Below are positions 50,596-62,633 of a stretch of 64,000 nt of DNA, in pieces. This DNA is from Lama glama (lineage: Eukaryota), in contig CM052816.1 in assembly GCA_028534125.1 (NCBI GenBank), forward strand, positions 5,272,001 through 5,336,000. Reading direction: 5' to 3'. The notes below the pieces were generated by a model that saw only the letters and a program-made list of their open reading frames with translations, made no database searches and was not told where the DNA came from. Every line of letters starts with the position of its first letter. Position 1 is the stretch's first letter. Made by a program: the position numbers and the translations under genes.

Positions 50596-52822
50596 TATTA
50601 AGATCTCTAAAGGGTTAGAAACAGAACCCCATGTTTCCTGCTAGAATAATAGAAAAGTGAAAACTCTCTGAGGAATCCAAGACTATTTGCTGGCCTGAGC
50701 AAAACTGTGAAGGCGATGGGTGCTGGCTTGGGTGACACCCATTCTCCTCCTCAGACTCACAGTGGTCTCCACCTGGCCTGGCCTCCCTCCCTGACCCTTC
50801 TCTCACCTTCAAGTGAGAAAAGATCTGACCACAAACGCACCTCCTGACAGGTTCACAGCAAGGCTTCTCAAATCACAGCCCTGAGAATCCCTCTGGGAAA
50901 TAATTTTCACACACATGCCTGGGCAGCCTCGTAGATTCTGATTCCCCACGTCAGGGAACACGGCTTCAGATCTTGCGACTATGATCCATGAAGAGAATTA
51001 CATCTTACATCACGACTTGGTACACAAATACACGACTGGAATACATACAAGGCGTGATGTGCTCCGGTATGTTTTTTTCTATTCTATCCTCTTGTATTTC
51101 ATTTTTGTTCGAAAGCTGGTCATGACCCCAGACACTGATTCCATCATGCTCCAGTGAGTCTACTACAGTTTGAAAATCCCTGGCCGAGTGCACAGTCTGG
51201 AACCTACAGTGTTAAAAAAAAAAAAGATGCCCACTTGACTGTGAGGACCTCGGCCATGGCCCCCGACCCAGGGCTAGTGCTCTTTGCACAACACCCCCAT
51301 TGTTGTTATTATTATCAGGCTTCTGGGAAAGTACAAGAATGTACTCAGGGTCCAGTTCTGTAAATGGGACTGTTACTGCATTGCTTACCTCAATAAGTCA
51401 TTAGCAGAATTCCTGTGTGTTGATCTGAGATCTCTGGAATACCACATGGGTGGAGAAAGTCACTACCCTCAAATGGCCAATTTCCTTCTGCCAAAAACTT
51501 CAGAGAGCATATTTTAGGTGTCTTTCCTCTAACCATAAGAGCCGCGAGGAAGATGTGTGCATCGGGGCCTTGGCATCTATGGGCCTATTGTTTTAAGCAG
51601 CTGGAAGAGATCAAGGACACAGCAGATCCGAGGGAGCTGGGCCTACACCCTTTATTAAAAGCCGACATCACTCCAACATGTGGCTGACTCGCCTCTGATT
51701 TAGGGGTTTCAGCCCTATCCCACTCAATGTCCTTTTATGTGACAGTTGTTTTGTACGGTCCTCTCTAATATCCTAAAGTAAAATTCATAAGTAATACAAC
51801 CTGCTTAACACCCGGCTGGGGAAAATTCTATATAATGCCCCAACTGTGATACAAAGAAGAAATAATAAAATAACATGTTTTTCAATATGTAAATGCTTGG
51901 AATGGCTACAAGAAGGCAGAGATGTAGCCACATGCTTGTACTTACAAGTGCCATATACTGGAACACATACTGGAACACATACTGGTTCACCTTACAGACT
52001 GGTACAGGTACGTGGGTTGGCAACCCAGGTACCATGAGCAGCGCTGCTGTTGCTGGTACAATTTCCTAAAACACTGAACAGGTTTTGGTGGACTTCCAAC
52101 ACCCACAAGGATAATCTTCCTTGGACATACGTGGATTCCTGGAAAAGTCACCAGTGTGGCATACCTGAGGAGGGGAGCACAATGTACACTGTACATGTCT
52201 GTAATCTCTTCTGAGTGGTTGTTGGCAACAGGGGAGGAGAAGCTGGGTGAAGTACATTTCTGGGGGGATCTTTCAGGAGGAGGAGAGAGGAACCAGTAAG
52301 GCTGGGCATCATGTGGAGGTAAGAGTGAGAGCAAAGAGCCCCAGCGGTGTGGCCCAGGGGCCTTGGGAGAACAGGAATGTCTAATAAGAGCTGTAAGTGG
52401 GTTGCTATGGAGTACATGATGTAAACAGCTCCCCTGCCTCTTCCATAAAGTGTTCAGTAAAGTCTGAAGCCCTCCCCAATACTTTTGTGCACATGGATTC
52501 TTCTAGAGGGCTCTCCAATCCAGGGCGGAAACAGAGGGAGTCCCTGGAGCAGAAGCTAAGGAGGCAGCTGACGGGCTTACACAACCAGGCGCTGTCCCAG
52601 GTGCTTAAGTTGGCTCCATCCCACACATATCCTTCCCTGCCTGTGAGGGGTAACCCTGTTTTACAGATGCGGACACTGAGACACAAGAAGGGTCTGTAAC
52701 AGCCCATGGTCACACAGCTAGTGGTGGTTTCTCCACATTCAAACCCTAATCCATCTCTTCTCACCATCCCTTACAATCAGTGGTCTCCTGGTCTGATGTC
52801 TTAGACTCACATGTTAGGTTTA

Positions 52823-53300
52823 CAGGCAAACCTTGTTTTATTGTACTTTGCTTTATTGAGTTTTGCAGATATTGTGTGTGGTTTTATTTTTATTTTTTAC
52901 AAATTGAAGGTTTGTAGCAACCCTATGTCGAGCAAGACTGTCGGTGCTGTTTCCAACAGCATTTGCTCACTTTGTGTCTCTGAATCACATTTTAATAATG
53001 CAGTATTTCAAACTCTTTCATTATTATATTTGTTACAGTGATCTGTGACCAGTGATCTTTGACTCTCTAAAGACTCAGATGGTTAGCATTTTTTAGCAAT
53101 AAAGTATGTTTTAATTAGGGCATACACATTGTTTTCCTTAGATACAATGCTACTGTACACTTAATAAAGAAAGTACAGTGTAGTGTAAACATAACTTTTA
53201 CATGCACTGGAAAACCAAAAAAATCCGTGTGACTCGCTTTATTGCGATATCTGCTATATTGCAGAGGTCTGGAACTGAACCTGCAGTATCTCCGAGGTAT
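52823..53300 (+). mobile_element. Internally deleted Tigger1 derivative
   Basis: Left end caggcaaaccttgttttattgtactttgctttattg; right end gtctggaactgaacctgcagtatctccgaggtat. Confidence 0.8.
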
Positions 53301-56300
53301 AATTGTATTTCTCTGGTACCTTTCTGAGAACAAACGGGAATTTGACCTAAAGACAAATTGTATACCTTCCTCAAACATTTGCTTGGAAACCACAAGCCCC
53401 CTCTGTTCCTTGGCGTCAAGTTACAAATTACCCAACCCCTCAGGGCATGGGTATTTGGCCTGAATGTGATTTTTGGTGATTTTAAGAATGAATTACGCTC
53501 CTTCCTCAAGCAATCACATCCACCAGCCAGCTCCCAGAAATAGAAAGCACTTCATCACACAAATTAACTCCTCTCCCCTATTTCACAGAAGATGAGTAAT
53601 CTATTAAAAAAAGAGATGCTATAATCTAAACAGGCAGCCTTATCTGCACTTTCAATTTCAACTAAATGCCTTGGTCTCTTTTTCATTGGGTAGGTAGGGC
53701 CATAAATCTGTTTAATCATCAGACGATGAGTAAAAACACACCAGAAGCTACCACTATCAAGTTAATTACAGTCTCCCCTGTTTTCTGAAAGCGACTCTCC
53801 ACCAATCAGCTACAAATGAGAAGAGAAGGTTGGGTTCCTTGGACTTGGCCGTCTCCACTTTCTCACCCAGTTGGAGCCCATCCAGGGGAGCAGATTCATG
53901 GGCAATTCCAGTTGTAGGTTCTTGGTAGCTGCTCTTAAATTGTCAGGTTGTCAGGTGCTGGAGAACAACATGTGTTTCATTTAGGATGCCGGCTTCCAAG
54001 CCTGCCGTTTAAGGTGTTATTTAAAACATTTTTTTCCACATTAGCAACAGTGTCAGCCTGTCAGTTTTATATTTGTTAAAGGGCAAAAGTGTTCCCCTGG
54101 GGGAGATCTTCCTGCTTGGCATGCAGGAAGAGAAAGCTGAGTATGTGTCAGAGTTTTCCTTACCGCTCCCTCTGACTACCGCCACCCCACCCCCAAAAAC
54201 CCCAATCCAATCTCCGGAGTCCTCTGCTTCACAGGGTTCTGAGACTTCTCACTGGGGCCTCTTCCCTCTCTGTTTCCTCATCGGTTAGCACCGGAGGAGG
54301 AACTATGGGGTCTCTGGCTATTCACAGACAGTCCCACATCAGGAATTAACCTGGGTACATGGGTCATCTTGGTCTCCAATCCCTCACCTCTCATCCCATT
54401 CACACTGCTGCTACAGCACAGGAATACTACTGTCATCGGTGACATTTCAGGCCTCCCAGCAATGTCCAGAGCCCACCTTCCCAGATCCATCTCCCATCTC
54501 AACCCCGCATCCAATCCTCTCTCCGCAGACACGACTCGACTAACTGTCTTGCCTTTGCTCCTTTGTTCTTGCAAATCTCACAGCTCAGGACATCCTTCTC
54601 TGCTCTTCAGTCCCAGGGAATCCTATTGCCTCCAGGCTCAGCTCAAAGGGCTCCTGAACCAACATCTCCCTGAACGATGTAGTCACTGAGTGTAGCACAT
54701 GCTCTGTTTTCCACGCACATTTGGGTTCAGGACTCGAGTCTCTCTGCCTGGCAGCAAGCTTCTTGAGGGCAGGACTGAGAGTGATTTATTTTCCTGTCCC
54801 TCATAGCCCCTGCAATGTGGCAGGTGCTAACAGATGTCTGGTGACTGATCCCGGCTTGATATATTTTCCTTGTCATTTGCTGCTTTTATGCTTCAAAATC
54901 CATGTCACCATGACATGACTCAACATGTCACCCAAGGGAAGACGTCAAGCATGTTTAGGGGGCTCTGTCATCTAGGTACTCACTTGTGAGCCTCTAAACA
55001 CAGGCAAGTAGCATCAGGAAGCAAAAGTCATCTTCATAGCTGATGTTTATCAGTGAACTGACCACTCACGAAATTCCCACTCAAATATCACTCCCACTAA
55101 ATGAAAGGATCTATTTCTGCCCATCGCATCCAAGTCTGTTTGTGAGACGGCTGTTTCAGATGTGACCATCCATCAATATAACACAAATTGATTACAAGGT
55201 GCTGCAGAGGGAGCAGCAAATGCAAAGGCCCGGAGGCAGATAGGGGCAGGACCTAAAGCAGTCACTCTTTCTTTTTTTTTGGTTAATGTTTAAGGCCATT
55301 TCCTGTAGAGGGACCTGGTAGGTCATGCCTCAATGATTCAGACAGCCCGCAGGGAAAGAAACACTACAGCTGATACCAGTGGACTCCATTTTTGGATATA
55401 AAGTGTTCTGAAAGTTGTATGTTTTTCTTTCTAAAATGGAAAAGTCTTTACTATTTTTTTTTGTGATTCTAAATATGATGGATTTGTTGAAAAAAAATTT
55501 TTTTAACCCTCATGGAGGAAGGTAACATCTGATAAGCCCCTCTCGTCCCATCTACCAGAGATGGCCATTCTTAACAGTTTGGTGTACTTCTCATCCAATT
55601 TTCCAATGTTTTTGTGTTTATTTCATCTGAAACCTGCTCCCCCCTGCCATGTAACATATGTCAGTCATCTTTCCGTATCAGAACATGTAGATCTAGCATG
55701 TCCTTTTTTCCACTATCTCACCTGATCCACCAATTAACCCAAGAGCGGGGAGTAGCCCTGTTCTGCCTGACATGGAGAATATGGCTGAGAGAGGAGTACT
55801 TTGCCCAAAGTCAAAAACTGGTAGATAAGAAGTCCAGGCTCCCTGGCTCTGTAGCCCACACCCTGTCTCTGACACCATGCTGTCTGTTTTCAGAAGAAAG
55901 GACTAGAACTAGACGATGAAATTTGCAGAGAGCTATAATTCAGCTCAAAGTAGGAAAGAATTTTCCAATAATAAGAGCTGTCCAGTACAGGAACGAGATA
56001 ACTCATAAGACAGTGAGCTGTCCATCACTGGAAGAATTCAGAGGCTGAACATATTATGCAAAGCACAGAAAAGGACTCAAATGTTACAGAAAGACGACAT
56101 GGCCTTAAAGGCCCCCTCCAGCTCTGGGATCATGTGAGTCTACGATTCCAAGATGATATACCTGTTAATATAACCAGCCTGTCCATACAACTGGCTCTAA
56201 AACTGGTAAAGGTTTAGCTCTGAGGACCTAATCCTTTAACCCAGTGGCTCCTTCTGAGATGCATTTAGTAATCAGTGTGGAGAGAATGTGGTTTTCTTTT

Positions 56301-57289
56301 CACAAGCTCTAGCCTATTTTACCTTCCCCTATAATTTTCTCCCTGCCCCAGCTGGGAGCAACTTTTACTTTTCAATGTCGTATTTGTTTTATTTGTCAAG
56401 GGCCAGAAAACACATGGAATGCTGCCTCCAAGGGAGCGCCACAGTGTGGGTGTGTGTGAGGCAGCGTGGGCTGGGGGATTCGTGCATTCTGAACCCAGAG
56501 CGGCGCCGGACAGATTTTTCCAGTCCTCTGGTTGTGTATGAGGTGCTCGAGGCACGGAGTCTGATTTGAGAACCTGGGCTCAAATACGCACACACACACC
56601 CATCTAATGCCCGCTGCCAGGGTGCTCTGTGAGAACAAAATATGCTGCTCACAACTGGGGTGTCATAAGCTAAAAACCAATCAGAAAGTACTGGCGTAGG
56701 TCCGCTGTGGTGAGGGACTCTCAGCCGTGGTCAGGCATTTTGTTCTCATGCGGAGACCCAGATAGCCATCTGGGTCGTGGAGCCAAGGACGCTCGGCATC
56801 ACCCGGAAGCCAGGCGGCATGAAGTGAGGCACCAGCAATGGCCCCTGGCTCCCCAGGGCCTCTTCTGTCTGGGTCTGTCACAGAGCCTGCCTCTCCCCCA
56901 TGGGTGGCCCCATTACTGTGGGTTACCGCTTCCTCCCTCTAGGCAGCAGGGAGCACTTTAAAAGTACACAAGTAATACGAGCTCATTTCGGAAATTGCTG
57001 AAAATCAGACATGCAAAAATAAATGAAATATCACAAATTAGCCCACTGTCTGGGTGGCCTCTTTTTTTTACTTTATGGGGCTTTCATGTCCCTTTAGTAG
57101 AAAATACCCATGGTCTGGAACACCATTCCTCCATTTTCGTTACTGCACAGTTCAGCGCAAAAGAACATTTAACCAAGACTTGATTATCTGCCGCAGAGGG
57201 TGCGAACAGATCAGAAAGCAAGACAACCAAGCTCAGGCCCAGATCTACTGAGAAAGATGTTTCTGCTACAAGAATAACATCAATAGCTG

Positions 57290-57520
57290 ACATAAGAAGA
57301 GTGATTCTGTACCAGACATGGTGCCAAGCATCCTGCAAGTATTATCTCATTTAATGTCCATAACAATCCTACAAGGTGGGACTGTCATCTCCATTTTACA
57401 GATGAGAAAACTGAGGCTTGCAGAGTTGGAGGATCTTATACTCTGCTAGTAAGTGGCAGAGCTGGGACCTAATTCTAGGTCAGTTTGACTCCAGAGCATC
57501 TGCTCCTAACCACTGTGCCT
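57290..57520 (-). mobile_element. MIR SINE, representative copy (further MIR relics near 550-660, 16440-16590, 21250-21350, 23150-23370, 28940-29130, 29510-29680, 30100-30310, 49070-49260, 60360-60600)
   Basis: MIR core ccattttacagatgagaaaactgaggct. Confidence 0.75.
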
Positions 57521-58068
57521 TCCTTTAATAGAAGAAGCATGTGCAAGGATTAGCAGCAGCAGCCTAGGACAGATTAATGTTCGGGAGGGGACCAAGGGGA
57601 GTGGAAGGCTCCCAAGTGGAGTTTCAATAGAATCATCAAGGTGATAGGTAGGGAGGGACATTCTAGGCAGAGAGAACTCATGCGAAGGAAACAGTTTTAA
57701 ACAGTCGAGTATCCAGATAACTAGACAGAGTCCAATGTCTTCTCACCAACAGTAGATAAATCTTGTTAATAAACACTGAAGAAGTAATGCACAATTTTTT
57801 TCCATTGAAAGGGGCGTTTCTTGAATATGATGAGCATCAAACAGAGGCTTTGCTAAGAAACAAAAATTTAGCCCATAAAGGATAAAGACATACATGTCTG
57901 CTCCCCCATGCCCCAACCCCAGAAAGGGAACATGCTAAAATCTCTAGAACCTTGCAGGAAATAAATTATGGAGTCAACTACTTTCTTTTCATCAAGACAG
58001 TAATATTTTTTAATTAAATGAGAAATGATACATATATTCTCCTTGTATTTTTTTAAAAAAGAAAACCC

Positions 58069-58098
58069 CAGACGAGATCAGGTGCATTCAGGGTGGTA
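58069..58098 (-). pseudogene. 5S rRNA fragment (approx. nt 12-41)
   Basis: Reverse complement TACCACCCTGAATGCACCTGATCTCGTCTG vs mammalian 5S TACCACCCTGAACGCGCCCGATCTCGTCTG (recalled): 27/30, all three mismatches are CpG transitions. Confidence 0.8.
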
Positions 58099-58099
58099 A

Positions 58100-58601
58100 G
58101 ATAAAGAAGATGTGGTATATTTATACAATGGAATACTACTCAGCCATAAAAACCAACAACATAACACCATTTGCAGCAACATAGATGCTCCTGGAGAATG
58201 TCATTCTAAGTGAAGTAAGCCAGAAGGAGAAAGAAAAATACCATATGAGATCGCTCATAGGTGGAATCTAAAAAACAAAAACAAAAACAAATAAACAAAC
58301 AAACAAAACAAAGCATGAATACAGGACAGAAATAGACTCATAGACATAGAATACAGACTTGTGGTTGCCAGGGGGATGGAGGGTGGGAAGGGATAGACTG
58401 GGATTTCAAAATTGTAGAATAGATAAACAAGATTATACTGTACAGCACAGGGAAAGATACACAAAATCTTATAGTAGCTCACAGAGGAAAAAATGTGATA
58501 ATAAGTGTGTATATGTCCATGCATGACTGAAAAATTGTGCTGAACACTAGAATTGGACACAACATTGTAAAATGATTATAAAATCAATAAAAAATGTTAA
58601 A
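58100..58601 (+). mobile_element. 5'-truncated lineage-specific L1 3' end
   Basis: gataaagaagatgtggtatatttatacaatggaatactactcagccataaaaa...aatcaataaaaaatgttaaaaaa; TSD AAAAAAGAAA at 58055-58064 and 58602-58611. Confidence 0.88.
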
Positions 58602-58659
58602 AAAAAAGAAACTACAAATATAAGAGGGTGAAGTTTTGTTAGTTTCTTTTGCTACAATC

Positions 58660-59180
58660 CCTGATCCGGGTTCACTCCCCTGCCTCACAGTAACCACTGT
58701 CAGCAGTTTGGAGTATGTCCTTCCATGCCTTCCTTTCATACGTTTACTTGAACATGTGTATATGTGTATACAACTGAAAACATAAAGTATTGCTTTTGTT
58801 TGTGTGTGTGTTTACAAATAAATGGTTTTGCAGCTTGCTTTTTTTCACTTCAGGATCCATGTCAGAGTTCTGTTTATGTCATTTGGACCCCAATGCCTTG
58901 TTTTTAGTAGCTGCATCATATTCCATATGGGAATTAGTTCATACCCCTTCCCCTATTGATGGTCACCTAGGTTGTTTCTAATTTGGTGCTATTACAAACA
59001 GTGCTGCAGTGAGCATCCTTATATGTGCCTCATGGTGTATACATGGTGAATACTTCTCTAGGACAGATACTGAGAAATGAAATTCCTGGATTATAGGATA
59101 TGCGTATTAAAATTTTTTGATACTTCCAAGTTACCCTCCAAAGTGGAATTCCCAATTTTTAGTTCCTCCAGCAGTTCCTG
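58660..59180 (-). mobile_element. Old L1ME-like fragment
   Basis: cctattgatggtcacctaggttgtttctaatttggtgctattacaaacagtgctgcagtgagcatcctt. Confidence 0.7.
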
Positions 59181-62100
59181 TTTAGAATGGTGAGAATCTT
59201 GGGAAGAAAAATGGGATGGAGGGTAGAGAGTCTATTTTAAATGATATACTTGATATAAATAAAATAATTATTTAGAAAAACAGCTACTGTTTAATAGTAC
59301 TAAGTGGACAAAATAGAGCTGGATGAAATCTTGGCTTGGAGTGACACACAGAAGGAGAGGCCCTGCCCCTCTTTAGGGGCAGAGAAACAGAGGACTTGCA
59401 CAGTTTTTAAAGGGAAGCAAATGTTCAAAAAAAAGAAAAAAAGAAAGCAAACAAAAAAATCAGAGCCCTGTTAGGATTTGGGTGGGGGACACTGAATAAG
59501 GGCTGGGAAGAAGGGAACAGGGTAGGGGGACTAAGCTCTCCTTCCCTGGGCTGCTCCTGGCCATCGGGGCCACCTGTGTCTTAGGAGGTAAATCTGGTCA
59601 CTATCCAAACCACGGGGCGGTGCCTGAATTGCCCAGAGGCAGAGCTGCTCCACCGACCTCACACATCTCTCCTAGGGTCAGACACCCCTGCCCAGCTGTC
59701 TGGACACCTGGACGGCCCAGCATTTCAGGGGGGAAATGCAGTTCCACAGTGCAAGCTGCCTCTGTGGATAGCGGGGGTGAGGGAGGCGTGTGTTCGCGGC
59801 TTTTGACGTGTTAATTGTATACGAAGGAGCAGACAAGCCTCCAGTACAGAGCTCCACTCTGCTCGGAAGTGTGCACCAATTAAGATGATTACTGGTTTCC
59901 TTACAACACAAATACTAATGGCCTGTCACGCTCTGGCATATTTTCCCTGGTAACCTTCAACTCCAAATGATTAATAAGACTCTTGTGGCAAAGCCCATAC
60001 ACACACAGGCAGAAAACGGGGGGAAAAACCCAACTCTGACGACTGCACGTTCAGCGAGGCAGGGGCCTGTGGAAATACATTCTGAGGGACCGTGACCGTT
60101 TGGGAGAGCGCGGCCACAATCTGTGGGCGAGAGTGGCCTGGGAGCGCTCTGAGGATTTAGGCTTAGGACTAGCTATGTGACCCCCACAAAGGCTGCTTTC
60201 CCTCCCTGGGACTCAGTTTCTCACTCTCTCGTTAAATGGGGACTGTAACCCCTTTCCTGTTTGCCCGGCAGGATGTTTACAAAGGAGAAAGGGGGGACAT
60301 CATTAGTATTAGCAGTAGCGAAAATGAAAAAGGACGCACAGATGGAAGTGAAAGTACATAGAGCACAGCAGTTAAAAGGCAGGCTCCAAATCAGGCAGAC
60401 TTAGGTCAAACACACAGCTTTTCTACAGACCAGCGGTGCCAAGTTAAATTTCCCTAAGCCTCAGTTTCCTCATCTGAGCAGTGGGGATAACACAGAATCT
60501 CCTCTCTTAGGGTGTTAGGATGAAATGAGATCATGTATGCAAGTGCTTGCAAGCCCCGGTCTGCGACAGACTGAGCATCAATACTGTTAGCTGTGGTTAT
60601 TATTATTGTAGTTACACCAAAAGCCAGGAAAAAGGGGTTCAGCCTTGGAGCTCCCAAGGAAACTCCACTTCCCAACTGAAACTTTCTAAAGGCACATTCC
60701 CCCCACCTTGCCCTTCACAGAACACTTCAGATTCCACTTCTCCTACTCCATCAAAGCCAGAGGGCACCTGACAGTCCCAAACCCAACTCCTTCCCACTGT
60801 TCCGTGAGATTCTCAGGAGAAAAATGATACTGTTCTCCATTTGGCCTTTTCAGAAATATGAACTGCTAGGTAGAGGCACCAATCCAATAACTCACGGATG
60901 CTTTCAGTCTAATATTTAGTAATTAATGAGGATGTAGTCAGGGGAAAACACTCTAGTCCTGCTTCCCCCATCCCTCCATTCAGCTTATGTAAAGTGCTGT
61001 GCCAAAGGGTCTCAAAACCTTCTCTTCCAACCTGGTCATCATCCCTAAATCCTAAATTTCGGAGCAGCCTGAGCTTCATGAAAGTAACCATCTCTGCTCA
61101 CAGGGCGAGTAGACCCTACGGATACTTAAAGGTTCCCAGGATGGAGAACAGAGGGGCCCATAGGCTTCTAGGGCCAGGCAGCTGAGGGATGTGTATGAAA
61201 TGAGCCAGGTGGAAACCCACAAACCCAAATGGGGTCACGTGGGCATGTAGGCCCAGAGATGCTACCAGGGAGAAGAGGAGTACCAGATTCTTACGGGAAT
61301 TCTCCCAACTTCTAAATATTGGCAAATCAATTAGATTTTAAAAATTATTTTGAAGGCCAAACAAGCAGGTCTATGGGCCTGTATACAGCACCCTGAAAGG
61401 AACATAAACTCTCCAAAGCCAGAAGTTTATGACCTACAGCAAAGGAACAGTAATTTACCAAATGGAGTTCTCTAAGACCAAAGGAGTTCAGTGGATCAGA
61501 AAAGAGAGGACAGTAAAAACCACGTGTAATCCCACCACCCAGACCACTACTAACATTCTGATCTCTATACGTCCAAGCATTGGAAAAATTTAAAAACATA
61601 CATGGTTACAGATGTTTTGCTTGGTTACTAGGAAGGGGCCCAGACGTGCACCCCGGCTTGCAGCCTTTGCTCTGTGCATTTACCCTGCACTGCCGTCACC
61701 TTTGCGTGCTCTCCTCCCTCCCTGGGCCACTCTCTCACATCAAGCCCTCCTCCCTGTCAAAATCTGCTCCCTTTGCAGTTTTTCTGGCATGAACTGAGCC
61801 AATGTTTCTCAAATTTAAGTCATGAACAGGACCTCCTGAAAGCAAACCATTAGAGAGGTCTCTTCCACAAACACGTAACCAAGGATTTATCTGAGAAATG
61901 CTAACAAAGGGAACCAAGGTTTCTGACTTTCAAATCTGAATTTTCATGGCAAAGAGAAGGATCTTTACAGTTGCTAAAAGAACATTTTAAAAGATTTAAA
62001 AATCAAAAGGAAAAAGAGAATTTTTAAAAAGTCTGCCTAACTCTTGGATCCACTGAATCCTAGCTTGAAAAACACTGGTCTCAGGCACAACAGGTCCCTG

Positions 62101-62394
62101 GGAACCCAAGGCACCTGTGAGTTCAGCCTCTGAAGCTCCTCTTTATTTGGGACACCCCTGCCAGCCTTTCCTTCCTACAGGCCCCGGGGGCTAAGAAACC
62201 AGAGGTCACCGGTTTTCACTCGTGCGACCTGGAGCCATAGAGTTGAATCCAGGTTCTCCTCACACCTTCAAGGGGGAGAAGCCATACTTTACCTTATTTT
62301 CTTTACAATAATTTTGAAATTACTTGCAATTTTTTAACTTAAAAAAATTTCACATCAGCCTCTTGAGTAAAAGTTCTTTTGAAAAAAAGTTTTC

Positions 62395-62633
62395 AAAGTG
62401 GGGATCGCTCTGTGGTATATACAAATTTTGAACTAAAATGCTGCATACCTGAAACATACCATTTTAAAGAAAGAAAAAAGTTTCCCAGACAAATTAGGAG
62501 TTTGGGATTAGCAGATACAAACTACCATATATAAAACAGATAAACAACAATATACATATACCTATGACTGAATCCCTATGCTGTACAGCAGAAGCTAACA
62601 CAACACTGTAAATCAACTATATTTCACTTTAAA
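62395..62633 (+). mobile_element. Two tandem short L1 3' ends
   Basis: tgctgcatacctgaaacata and ttaggagtttgggattagcagatacaaactac...tgtaaatcaactata; flanked and separated by AAAAAAGTTT(T)C. Confidence 0.7.

Noticed and set aside
51955..51985. CRISPR-like or other prokaryotic repeat array
   Set aside because: Simple 12-bp tandem without spacers in clearly mammalian DNA
58069..58098. Functional 5S rRNA gene
   Set aside because: Only 30 nt, lacks the internal promoter and is CpG-decayed
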